Assembly (NCBI RefSeq): GCF_030144855.1
Contig: NC_082712.1
Span: 10,044,001 to 10,108,000 of the forward strand
DNA: 64,000 nt
Direction of reading: 5' to 3'
DNA from: Hypanus sabinus
Lineage: Eukaryota
Shown here: piece after piece, positions 34,750 to 46,804 of the stretch
How positions within the stretch are numbered: position 1 is the stretch's first letter
Layout: each line of letters starts with the position of its first letter
Position numbers and translations under genes: made by a program
The notes under the pieces: generated by a model
What the model saw: only the letters and a program-made list of their open reading frames with translations
Told to the model about the DNA's origin: nothing
Database searches by the model: none

Positions 34750-36530
34750 GGATAAGAAAAAAAACCCAAATCAGAATAAAAAAATTAATACAGTGCAAAA
34801 ATAAACATACAATAACAATATAATACAAAAAAGATAATTGAGAAAGCACCCAAATTGAAGTCATATAAAGTTAGTATCCTCCCCAAGCCCCACAACAACA
34901 TAAAAAACACTCCAGACCAACCACAACACAATATAGAGAATATAAATCAGGACATTCAAACCCCCAAAACTGTAAATATGCTTGACAACAGAAGATAATA
35001 ATGCCTACTACCAAAGAGAAGAGCTGAAAGTAAGGGACTGAAAAACAAAACGTTAATTAAGAGGAAGGTTATGAAAGTACTCAATAAAAGGTCCCCAGAC
35101 CTTATGAAACTTTATATCCGAACTAAGAATTGAATAATGATTTTTTTAAGGTCTGAGCAGGACATAATATCAGTAAGCCATTGAGCATGCGTGGGCGGGG
35201 CAACATCTATCCATCTATGGAGGAGTAAACGTCTAGCCAGGAGAGAAGCAAAAGATAATATTCGACACTGAATCGAACTCAAACGTACATCTGTCTCACC
35301 CAAAAAACCAAACAGAGCAATTAAAGGGTTAGGTTCTAAGTGGTGATTCAGAATACAGGATAAAGTTATAAAAACATCTTTCCAAAATTTCTCTAAGCCA
35401 GGACAGGACCAGTACATATGAATAAGAGAAGCCTCGCCCCTTTTGCATTTATCACGAAGAGGACTAATATTGGGGTAAAATCGAGATAATTTAGATTTAG
35501 ACATATGTGCTCTCTGAACAATCTTAAACTGTAAAAGGCAATGGCGAGCACAAAGAGAGGTTGAATTAACCGATTTGAGAATCGAGTCCCAAATCTCATC
35601 AGATAAAGAGATATTTAAATCATGCTCCCAAGCCATTCTAATTTAATCCACAGGGGCACGCCGTAAGAATGCTAATTTATCACGAATAAATGATATTAAA
35701 CCTTTACCCAGTGGATTAATAGAAAGAAATAAATCCATACCATTTTTCTCGGGCATTTCAGGGAAGTTAGGAATTAAAGGATTAATATAATTTGGAGATA
35801 TCTAAAAAAATTGGGCATTAGGCAGATTGAACTTAGCAGAGAGCTGTTGAAAAGATGGGAAGCGATTATCGATAAAAAGATCTTCAAAATGTCTAATACC
35901 CTTCCTATACCAATCATAGAATGTTGAATCATACACAGTAGGTAAAAAAGGTGATTATGTAAGATAGGTCTAGAAAGGGAAAAACCATAACATTTCCTAA
36001 ACTGAGCCCATATTCGCAAAGTGTGCCTAACAAGAGGATTAACAATTAGCCTAGACAAACTACTAGGGAGTGCAGAGCCAAGAAGTGCAGAAATAGACAA
36101 ATCTTTGGTGGAACTCAACTCCATTGCCAGCCAATTACGGCACTCGGGTTGGCTATGAAAAAAAGACCAAAAGGTAGTACAAAGTATGTTAGCTGCCCAA
36201 TAATATAAACGAAAGTTAGGTAAGGGCATGCCACCCTCTTTTTTAGATTTTTGAAGATAAACTTTATTAATTCTAGAACGCTTATTCTTCCACACATATG
36301 ACAAAATAATAGAGTCTAAGGAATCAAAAAAGGTTTTAGGAATAAAAATTGGGATTGATTGAAATAAATATAAAAATTTAGGGAGAACATACATTTTAAC
36401 AAAATTATTACGACCTACCAAAGACATAGATAGAGGTGACCATTGTGACAGACTCTGTTTTGTAGTATATAAAAGATTGGCAAAATTTTCACGAAAAAGA
36501 TCAGTTCCTTGTAACTGTAATCCCAAAATA
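34750..36530 (-). mobile_element. Second, 5'-truncated L1/Tx1 LINE nested in ORF1 of the first
   Basis: LSLVGR..VKMYVLPKFLYLFQSIP, GGMPLPNFRLYYWAAN, C-terminal HMYWSCP zinc-knuckle region. Confidence 0.88.
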
Positions 36531-37382
36531 AGTAAATTGATTATGAACTACTTTAAAGGGGAGGTCACGAAATGCTAACTCTTGTGCTTCTTTATTCGGA
36601 AAAGTTCACTCTTATGTAAATTAAGCTTATAGCCAGAAAACTGGCTAAACTGATCAAGAAGTGAAAACATTGGAGGTAAGGATGTGGACGGATTTGAAAG
36701 CAAAAGAAATAAATCATCAGCATAAAGAGAAACTTTATGCTCAACAACCCCCCCCCCCCCTCCAGATCCCGGTCAGTCCAGTCCCTCTTTTAAACCAACT
36801 ATTTTGATATTATTTCTTCTGCTATAGTTTTCAAGGGAGTCCAGTTTATCCATTATTTTTACTTTCCCAATCCTCCAAGAATCTTTTTTTTTTCCAGGCT
36901 TTGTAATCTACTCACAACATCCTTCGCACTGTTTTCTAAATCCTGGGTTCGTAAATTTAAAGATTCCAAAGTTTGCTTCCTTTCCTTAGATTCTTGAATG
37001 ATAAGGTCTAAATGACTATCGTATTTATCCATCCTACCGGTTAAAGTCCGGACGGCATCCGTCAACTCATGAATCGCGGCCACGAGGTCACTGCCCGAGC
37101 CAACCCCGCGTCATACTGCCGCCGTCTTCGGGACTTCCGCAGGCTCAGAGGAACCGTCCGACGAACAAACCTCATCACCATTGCTGCCGCGTCCCTCAAC
37201 TCCAGACGCCCCCGGCAGTGCAAGGTCGGCAGTACTAGCGCCAGTAGAATTTCCATGATTTCTCCTTTTAACCATTGCTTTTGTTAAAGTTATATGAAAG
37301 CCTTATAAACAGGTTGTAAGGAACTTTTTGTAGGAATTATTTAGGAAAGTGCCCGATCAATGGAACGACATCACGTGACCAT

Positions 37383-37830
37383 CCTCTTCTTTCTTCTTCT
37401 TCTTTGGTTGTTCATCGGAATCCCATGATGACGTCCACTCCCTTAACGGTGAGATCCTTGATGACTATACAATCCTATCCTGGACCCACAAGCTCTGTTG
37501 CAGGTGGGACATGTATATGTGGTAGTGGTGGTAGTGCTGGCAACCATGGCTGCATTTCTCCGGGCTCTCTTCTCCTGTCTTCTGATTGTTCTTTCCATCT
37601 CCAGAATACAAACCCCATCCCTACACAGCTGTTGCCAAGTGTTGCAGTCAGCAGCAAAATCCTCCAGGTCCTTAGGTCTGATCTTGCACTTCCTTAAATC
37701 ATTCTTCATCTGATCCTTATAGCGCTTCTTCAGCCCTCCAGCTGAGCGTCGACAATGATGCAACTGGCCATATAACACTCTGAGGAATAGCCGACATTGG
37801 GGCATCCTTATCACGTGCCCCTGTCAATAC
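37383..37830 (-). mobile_element. RTE-clade (BovB-like) LINE 3' fragment
   Basis: LYGQLHHCRRSAGGLKKRYKD...CPTCNRACGSRIGLYSH; (GAA)n-like 3' tail. Confidence 0.8.
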
Positions 37831-37985
37831 CACCAAGACAGAAGTGATTTGCCAATGGAGTACCAGTGTCCTACCCTATCTACCTGCCTTCACTCTTGGT
37901 GATGAAAAGCTGTCAGTACACACACACTCACTCACACAAACACATGCACATGCATTAACAGATACAAATACTGACACACACACGC

Positions 37986-38192
37986 NNNNNNNNNNNNNNN
38001 NNNNNNNNNNNNNNNNNNNNNNNNNNNNNNNNNNNNNNNNNNNNNNNNNNNNNNNNNNNNNNNNNNNNNNNNNNNNNNNNNNNNNNNNNNNNNNNNNNNN
38101 NNNNNNNNNNNNNNNNNNNNNNNNNNNNNNNNNNNNNNNNNNNNNNNNNNNNNNNNNNNNNNNNNNNNNNNNNNNNNNNNNNNNNNNNNNNN
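37986..38192. other. Assembly gap (N run)
   Basis: N bases. Confidence 1.
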
Positions 38193-40269
38193 TTATATTT
38201 ACTAGATCAAGCTTCTGCCATGTTCTTTGATATTTCGTCATCCTGTGGCCATTGCCCTGAACAGATCTAAGCAAGTGATGCTGCTCTTATAACTACTCCC
38301 CTCCCCCTGGACTGCTTAAATCACTGGCCACACTCTGTGTCACGAATGTTCCCAGGGCAAACCAGCAAATGTTGTGACTATGATTGAAGAGACAAGAGAG
38401 AAAATGAAGCCGGTGTTATAGACTTCATTATTCATCACAGTAAGCAGGCATCGGGGTAGATTCTCACAATCACAAAAGTACATCATATTTTATGCTCTTA
38501 CGTGCATAAGGCTTTTTGCATGCAGGCTTCATAAATCAAAGTACTGACTGCAGGATTGACATGTTATATTGAAATTGTACAAAATGCTGGTGAGTTTTTC
38601 TGCATTTCTGGTCATATACTTACAGGAAAGGTATCAATACGTTTGGAAGTGTGCAGAGAAATTTTATAAAATGTTGCTGGGACTTGGCGACCTGACTTAT
38701 GGGGAAAGGTTTAATACATTAGGGCTTCATTCACTGAAGCATAGGAGAATGAGGGGAGCTTTGATAGAGGGATACAAGATTATGGAGAAGGTCTATAAAT
38801 CAGCCAAAAGCAGAACTTCCCGGTGGCCCAACATTTTGATTCTGATTCTTATTCCCATTTTGACATGTCAGTCCATGCCTTCTGTGCCACCCTCAGCGTG
38901 GAGGAGCAACACCTTATCACCTGTCTGGGTATGCTCCAACTTGATGGCATGTATATCGATTTCTCCTTCCCATAATTTTTTTCTTTCCCTCTCTGGAGGC
39001 AGATGTTCTATCTGAGCCATGGTATCCATCACAAGAACGACCTGCTTGATTTGTCACACTTACATCAAAACATCAATTGAAATGAGTCGTTTGCACCAAC
39101 TACCAACAGTCCGTGGGATGTGCTCGGAACAGTCTGCAAGAGTGACCTCTCTTCCAGCGTCAACGTAGCATGGCCACAACTTACTAACCCTGAGGCAAGT
39201 GCCTTTGGAATGTGGGAGGAAATCAGTGCACCTGGAGGAACAGCACGTGTTCACAGCGAAAACGTAGAAAATCCTTATTGACAGCAGCGTGAACTGAGCG
39301 CTGTAAAAGTGTTACGCTAACTGCTATGCTACCGACAGTCTCCGTAGTTTTACACGATGTACTCAGATGCCTTTTACAGAGGGCAGTGCCAACTTGCTCT
39401 GGACCTACCAGGTCAGGTGCTCCTTGCTGTCCAGAACCTGCTGTTGAATTCTCTCGTTAATGCACTGAGGCACAGAGAACCAAGAAAAAAACCATTTACC
39501 GAACATAGTTTGATCGTGTCCAAGGTCATCTCACCCATAGAATCAAAGTGAAACTCAAGTCTCTTGTTTTATGCACAAGTACACCTTATAAGGGTTCTTT
39601 AGATAAAGCTCCCTGATCTTAACTTTTTCACAACACAACACCCAATCTTGAATTGTCTTTTACCTTGTGGACTCAAGTACAAGAAAGTAGGGGACAGGTG
39701 TGGATTCCAGCCAAGACCAACCTCTCGAGGCATTTCATGGCAGTAGATGTGAGTGCCACTGGGTGATGGTCGTTAAGGCAGCTCACCCTGCTCTGCCTGG
39801 GCACCGACCGGTCTGATGTTACCCTTTTGAAGCAGGTGGGGCCTCTGACTGCAGCAGTGAGGGATTGAAGATATCCTTCATCTTTCCCAACAGATGATCG
39901 ACACAGGCTTTCAGCGATCTTCCAGATACACCAGCAGGGCCTGACAACTAAATGGTCAGTAATGGATAGCCAGGACTGAGAACAGGCTGTGATCCATAGG
40001 AGGGTACAGGCTGGGGGGTTTATATGTGCAATAATGGATACTCAGGAGTGGGCTACACGCTGCGGTCTGGTGCTGTAGAGACCGGAGTGGGGGTTACGTC
40101 AGAATCAGAATCAGATTTAATATAGAAAACAACAGAATAGGCAACGAGTTTGCATCACTGGTGTATGTCATGAAATTTGTTGTTTTGCAGCAGCAGTACA
40201 AGGCAATGTATAATAATAAAACTTATAAATTACAGTAAGTACATAAAAATAAGAAAAGTAACTGAGAAG

Positions 40270-41725
40270 CAAGACCAGAAACGTAGTAATCTCGGAATTA
40301 CTGCCTGTGCCACGTGACAGTGAGTATAGGAATAGAGTGAAACGGAGGATAAATGCGTAGCTACGGGATTGGAGCATGGGGCAGAGATTCAAATTTCTGG
40401 ATCATTGCGACCGCTTTTGGGGCAGGCGTGACTTGTAGAAAAAGGAAACCCGTATCCTTGCAAAGGCTCCTGGGGAGAATTTAAACTAGAATTACTGGGG
40501 GCGGGGGAGTGGGAACCGAACTGTAGAGACGGTGGGAAAGGCAGTTGGGTCACAAATAGATAAAGCCTCGAGACAGTGTGAGAGGGAGGATAGACAGCTG
40601 ATCATGAAGCAAATCGCACAGACCAATAGTTGGAGATGTGTCTATTTCAATGCAAGGAGTATTATGAACAAAACAGATGAGGTTAGAGTGTGGATCAGTT
40701 CTTGGATCTATGATGTTGTGGCCATTACAGAGACCTGGATGGCTCAGAGGCAGGAATGCCTTCTTAGAGTGCCAGGCTTTAGATGTTTCAGAAAGGACAG
40801 GGAAAGAGGCAAAAGAGGTGGAGGCGTGGCACTGTTCATCAGAGATAGTGTCACGGCTACAGAAAAGCAGGAAGTCACGGATTGATTGTGTACAGAGTCT
40901 TTGTGAGTGTACGTTAGAAACAGGAAGGGGTCAATAACTCGACTGGGTATTTTTTATAGATCACCCAATTGTAACAGGCACATCGAGGAGCAGATAGGGA
41001 GACATATTCTGGAAAGGTGTAATAATAACAGCGTTTCATGGTGGGTGATTTTAATTCCCAAATATCGATTGGTTCTCCCTAGAGCGATGGGGTGGAGTTT
41101 GTTAGGTGTGTTCAGGAAGGTTTCCTGACACAATATGTAGATAAGCCTACAAGAGGAAAGGCTGTACTTGATCTGCTAATGGGAAATGAACCTGGTCAGG
41201 TGTCACATCTCAGCGGGAGAGCATTTTGGAGATCGTGATCACAACTCTGTCTCCTTGAGCACAACATTGGAGAGGGATAGGAACAGATGGGTTTGGAAAG
41301 CGGTTAATTGGGGTAAGGGTAAATATAAGGCTATCAGGCAGGAACTTGGAATCATGAATTGAAAACAGATGTTCTCAGGGAAATGTACGGAAGAAATGTG
41401 TCAATTGTTCAGGGGATATTTGTGTGGAGTTCTGCATAGGTATAGTATGGTCCAATGAAACAGGGAAAGCATGGTAGTCGTACAGGAACCATGGTGTACA
41501 GAGGCTTCTGTAAATCTAGTCAAGGAGAAAAGTAGAACCTACGAAAGGTTCAAAAAACTTGGTAATGACAGAGATCTAGAAGATTATAAGGCTAGCAGGA
41601 AGGAGCTTAAGAAAGAAAATAGGAGAGCCAGAAGGGGCCATGAAAAGGCATTGGAGGACAGGATTAAAGAAAACCCAAAGGCATTCTACAAGTATGTGAA
41701 GTGCAAGAGGATAAGACGTGAGGTT
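40270..41725 (+). mobile_element. CR1 fragment, paralogous copy of 22930-24310
   Basis: CVYFNARSIMNKTDEVRVW, AITETW, NPKAFYKYVK. Confidence 0.85.
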
Positions 41726-41984
41726 CTGAATCCTCTCCAACGGTTCCGTATCTTTCCTTTAATGTAGCACCCAAAACAGCACAGTAATCTCCAAACTTGG
41801 ACTCTGCAAAGTTTTATAAATTAGCAACTTTTTTCTATTCAAGAACGCTATCAAATATGCCACAGCCAGGGTTTCATCCCTACCCCCGACCACACTGTCC
41901 AACATAATTCACAGGAGAGGGATCCGGAGCAGAAAACCCCGGCACAGCACACAGTCATGAGACCGACCAACATTTATTGATCAC

Positions 41985-42117
41985 GTGTGTCGTTGTATCG
42001 CACCAGGAGCGGCCGTGACTGGGAAATAAATATCGGCTTTTTAGCACCTGATTCCACCCTGTACCAGATCATGGAGCCGAGCAGGGCGACTTCAGTGGAT
42101 GGGTGGCTGAAAGTAAG
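41985..42117 (-). pseudogene. Pseudo-V exon remnant B
   Basis: Reads TFSHPSTEVALLGSMIWYRVESGAKK then a frameshifted WCDT (V1: TFTHPPPDVALNGSVIWYRREPGATK...WCDT). Same 5' truncation as remnant A. Confidence 0.8.
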
Positions 42118-42320
42118 TGAGAGAGAATGAGAATGTGTTGTATATGTGCGAGAGAGAGTGTGTGTGCGTGTAAGAGAGTGTGAGAGAGTGGAGAATGCGT
42201 GTGCCTGTGAGAGAGTCCGTGTGAGAGTGTGAAGAAGAGAGAGTGTAAGTGAGAGAGAGAAGAGAGTGAGAGAAGAAGAGAGGGAGAGTAAAAGTAAGGG
42301 GATAGATGGGAAGAGGGAGA

Positions 42321-42494
42321 NNNNNNNNNNNNNNNNNNNNNNNNNNNNNNNNNNNNNNNNNNNNNNNNNNNNNNNNNNNNNNNNNNNNNNNNNNNNNNNN
42401 NNNNNNNNNNNNNNNNNNNNNNNNNNNNNNNNNNNNNNNNNNNNNNNNNNNNNNNNNNNNNNNNNNNNNNNNNNNNNNNNNNNNNNNNNNNNNN
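42321..42494. other. Assembly gap (N run)
   Basis: N bases. Confidence 1.
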
Positions 42495-43577
42495 GGCACA
42501 GAGTTTCAGAACCCCACTGAACCCGGTCCCACTTTGTAGCTCCACAGAATATCGCAACGTAATGTATATGTTATATGTATCATAACGGATTCCTGGCATC
42601 AGGTGCAGGAAGCGGGTATGATGCGCGAGTGGGAGGGTGTAGTTATATGTGTAATAACCGATATCCGTGAGTAGGAGGTCTCAGTGTGGGTGTTAAATGT
42701 TTAATAACAGATATCTGGGAGTTGGTTACATCTGGGGTCTGACGTGGAAGGGGGCGGGGGTGTGTGGTTGTTTTTGTAGAATAACGGATATCGGGGAACG
42801 GGTTACAGGATGAGATCGGGTCGTTTCAGGAGTTTATCATTGTCTGCTTCTCGGGCCTGTAGGCTTTTACAATATTGCCGCTTCAGGGAGGAAGTGGTTG
42901 GAGATTCTGGAGCACCGGTTACAGATAGGAGAGTGCTTGGAATTCCCTCAGTGTGACGAAAAGATTACAGTAGGGTCTGAGAGCCCATTGTTCCCACTGG
43001 CCCTATGTAAGAACAACCCGAGCAGTCCCACTCCTCCATCCTGACCCCATAGCCCCGGAAATTCAGTTTCAGACACTTGTCCCGCTCCCCTTTTCAAGGC
43101 TCACTTCCTACCCCCGGCCTACGTTTTACTCCGAATACGAGGTAGTAATGTGCCCAGGCAACTCTATAGATCTATGGCGAATCACTTTCATTCTATAACG
43201 TCATTTCTTTCCCCATCCACCAATGGCACAGCCTCCCTCAGTCCACACGCTTCATAATTGTAATACTCATCCCGAACCACGTCTCCATGTGACCTCCGCT
43301 GCCGTACGGCATCATCTGGAATGTGGGCTCGAAGCAGGAGGTGTTCCACTCTGGGGTACCAAACCCTGGGATCCACTGGTGTGTTTCTCTAATTGCCCGA
43401 CCACCGGATGACCTCCACCAGAGTGAATGCGGTGTGTCAATAAAGCGGACCAGTCTCTCAGCATCCCCTCACTCCCTCGGTTCAACCCAACGCTCAAACA
43501 GATGCAGAGCCGCCACAGCCGTCACCCGAAAATTCAGATGAGGTACGGAGATGATGAGGACAATGGAAAACACTTAC

Positions 43578-43638
43578 TGTATCCCTGGACTGAGACGGAT
43601 AGCAGAACAGTGTAGAGACAAACCCGGAGAGAGGGCAT
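43578..43638 (-). CDS. Duplicate leader exon B: MPSLRVCLYTVLLSVSVQGY (alternative first exon or orphan)
   Basis: Same 61-nt length, intact ATG and A|GTAAGT donor as leader A, with 4 amino-acid differences. Confidence 0.6.
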
Positions 43639-45029
43639 CGCCAACACTGCAGTTTGGTGTCCTTTTTCTTTCCTAAAACTGAAATGCAGATGTTGCATGA
43701 AGATTTCGTCATTTCCTCAAAGATCCTCGCACTTAAAAATTGTTATAATTTGATAAATTACTAACTTCTAACTGAACAGGGTTGGAAGTCAAATCACAAA
43801 CAAGAGAAAATCTGCAGATGCTGGAAATCCGAGCAACACACACAAAATGCTGGAAAAACTTAGCAGTCCAGATAGCATCTATGGAAAAGAAAAGTACAGT
43901 CGATATTTGATATGTTACAGGAACTGACCCTAGTGCCTTCAGCCATGACCAAATGAGAACCGAGGAGGTCAATGGGGATTGCGGAGAGTTCAGACATGTT
44001 TCAAAATCTGAACGAGAGAGCAAGGTGTAGCAAGAAAGTTTCAGTGGCACACATGATTAAGGACGATCCCAAAGCTTTTCAAAACTCATTTACTCGCATA
44101 TATTAACTCGTGGCTAACTTTGGGATGCGTCTGGTGAATTTCAGTTATTTATTCGAGCTTGGCAAGAATTTTGAATACGCACAAGCGATTTTAAGTGAGG
44201 GTACCTTTGAAATGTTCTGCTTCTCTTCAGGAGTAAAGGATTTATGATTGGTTGTAATCAGTATTAATGGCTGGCTGGAGTCCTCACGGTTTTCGCTCTG
44301 TTGTTGTGTGATCTCAATAGCTAACACCCCCAATCTGCATATATCGTCTTTCTCAAATATCTCCAAAATATTTCAAAATATCTCCATATTCATCAAAATA
44401 TAAACGATGGGTAAAAATGAAAAAGTAAAGTTAGCACCACAGATTATGCACTCTGCAATATTTCACTTGTATACCACTGAACGTTTTCCTACAAAAACAC
44501 AAATACATTCACAAGCAAGTATGATACCCTCTAGTTCTCCGGAACGATTATACACACATCCCATTGGCGTCCGATACTGAACGGACCTTTCGCAACTGGA
44601 GATCCGGACACAGACACACACAAAACCACTTCCACATTTTATATCTACTAGGTCAGGCTTCTACCATGTTTTTTGATATTTCGTCATCCCGTGGTCATTG
44701 CTCTGAACAGATCTAAGCAAGAGATGCTGCTCTTAAAAATACTCCCCTCCCCCTGGACTGCTTAAGTTGCTGGCCACACTGTGTGTCCCGAATGTTTCCA
44801 GCAAATGTTGTAACTGTGATCGACGGAACAAGAGAGAAAATGAAGCTGGTGATACAGACACCAATATTCATCATAATAAGCAGACATTTTTCTGTAGGCA
44901 GTCGCGGTAGTCTCACAATCACAAAAGTATATTCCAATTTATGCTCTTAAGTCCAAAAGGTTTTTTGCATGTTGGCCGTCATAAATCGAAATACTGAGCA
45001 CAGGAATTGGCAGGTCATGTTGAACATAG

Positions 45030-45850
45030 AAACCCGAGAACATAGAATAGTACAGCACAGTACAGGCCCTTCGACCCATAACGTCGTGCCGACCCTGAAA
45101 CCCTGCCTCCCATGTAACCCCCCCCCCACCTTAAATTCCTCCATATACCTGTCAAGTAGTCTCTTAAATTTCACTAGTGTATCTGCCTCCACCGCTGACT
45201 CAGGCAGTGCATTCCACTCACCAACCACACTCTGAATAAAAAAAAACTTCCTGTAATATCCCCCTTGAACTTCCCACCCCTTACCTTAAAGCCATGTCCT
45301 CTTGTAATGAGCAGTGGTGCCCCGGGGAAGAGGTGCTAGCTGTCCACTCCTCTTAATTCCTCTTAGTCATGTATACGTCAATCATGTCTGCTCACATCCT
45401 CCTTCTCTCCAAAGAGTAAAGCTCTAGCTCCCTTAATCTCTGATCATAATGCATACTCTCTAAACCAGACAGCATCCTGGTAAATCTCCTCTGTACCCTT
45501 TCCAATGCTTCCACATCCTTCCTATAGTGAGGCGACCAGAACTGGATACAGTGCTCCAAGTGTGGCCTAACCAGAATTTTATAGAGCTGCATTATTCCCT
45601 CGCGACTTTTAAACTCTACCCCTCGACTTATGAAAGCTAACACCCCCTAAGCTTTCTTAACTACCCTATCTACCTGTGAGGCAACTTTCAGGGACCTGTG
45701 GACATGTACCCCCAGATCCCTCTACTCCTCCACACTACCAAGTATCCTGCCATTTACTTTGTACTCTGCCTTGGAGTTTCTCCTTCCAAAGTGTACCACC
45801 TCACCCTTCTCCGGGTTGAACTCCATCTGCCACTTCCTGTCATCCTTTTG
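45030..45850 (-). mobile_element. CR1 3' fragment specific to duplication copy B
   Basis: LVRPHLEHCIQFWSPHYRKDVEALERVQRRFTRML; (CATAGAA)-type tail. Confidence 0.88.
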
Positions 45851-46804
45851 TTCTTCACATAATTGAACAATGCCTTGGGATGTTTCTTTACCCTACTCAC
45901 TAAGGCCGTCTCATGCCACCTTCTTGTTCTCCTCAGCCCCTTCTTAAGCGCTTGGAGCAACCTGCAAGTGTTATCTCTCTTCGGCCATCAACATAGCATA
46001 CCACAACTTGCTAACCCTGACGCACAGGCCTTTGGAATGTGGGAGGAAATCAGAGCACCAGGAGGAACAACATGTGTTCACAGCGAAAGCGTAGAAATTC
46101 CTTATAGATAGCAGCGGGAACTGAGCGCTGGCACAGTGGAAGAGTTACGTTAACTATTATGCGACCATCTCTCGCCGTGATCTTATACGATGCACTCAGA
46201 TGCCTTAGCAGAGAGCAGTACAAACTTGATCCAGACCAACCAGGACAAGTGCTCCTTGCTGCGGAGAACCATCTGTAGACTTGCACTGTTAGTGTACTGA
46301 AACACAGAGAACCAAGACAAACCCCATTTAGTGAACATTGTTTGGTCATGTCCAAAATCATCCCACAGGTAGAATCAATGTCAAACTCAGGTCTATTGTC
46401 TTATGCACAAGTGCATCTCATCAGGGTTCCTTCAGCTTAAGCTCCCTGCTCCAATCTTGTTCACCACACAGCACTCAATCCAGAATTGCCTTTTTCATTG
46501 TTACTTGAAAAAATATTTGGTAGTCATTCTACAAATTCTTTCTTTTAGGATCCAACTCCCTGATTTTGTTGATCTACCTGTATATTGAGTTCTCCAAACT
46601 TCTTTGCAGCACTATCCCAGGTACATAGCCCATTAACGAGAAACAAAAATCAACACAATCATGAAATATAAAAAAAAGAAAGAATGAAATCGGGGTAATT
46701 AAACCAAAATCCATTGTCGTGCTAAGTTGTGAATATAGCCAAAGCGCTGCTAAACTGTAGTGATTAGAGTTGCGCCGGTTGGTTCAAAGACCGAATGTTT
46801 GATG

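Larger units (their letters stand above)
27480..37381 (-). mobile_element. Decayed near-full-length L1/Tx1-clade LINE with nested insertions
   Basis: ORF1 pieces at 37250-36850 and 34750-34250 (IERAH motif); endonuclease at 33400-32500 (IFLQETH, LNLYAPN, IDLFLIS); RT C-terminus at 29510-28000 (SGYKINWNKSE, GGLKLPDF). Confidence 0.85.
22431..39670 (+). repeat. Tandem segmental duplication copy A (includes an about 10.9 kb copy-specific TE block)
   Basis: 22431-27315 matches 39819-44600; 38193-38590 matches 44638-45020; 39140-39670 matches 45985-46500. Same order and orientation, with visibly diverged sequence. Confidence 0.9.
39819..46500 (+). repeat. Tandem segmental duplication copy B
   Basis: Starts ttacccttttgaagcaggtggggcctctgactgcagcag, as at 22431. 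Carries the same CR1 fragment, pseudo-V, leader and promoter. Confidence 0.9.

Noticed and set aside
27132-42599. ORFs containing X runs near the three gaps
   Set aside because: Created by reading through N bases.
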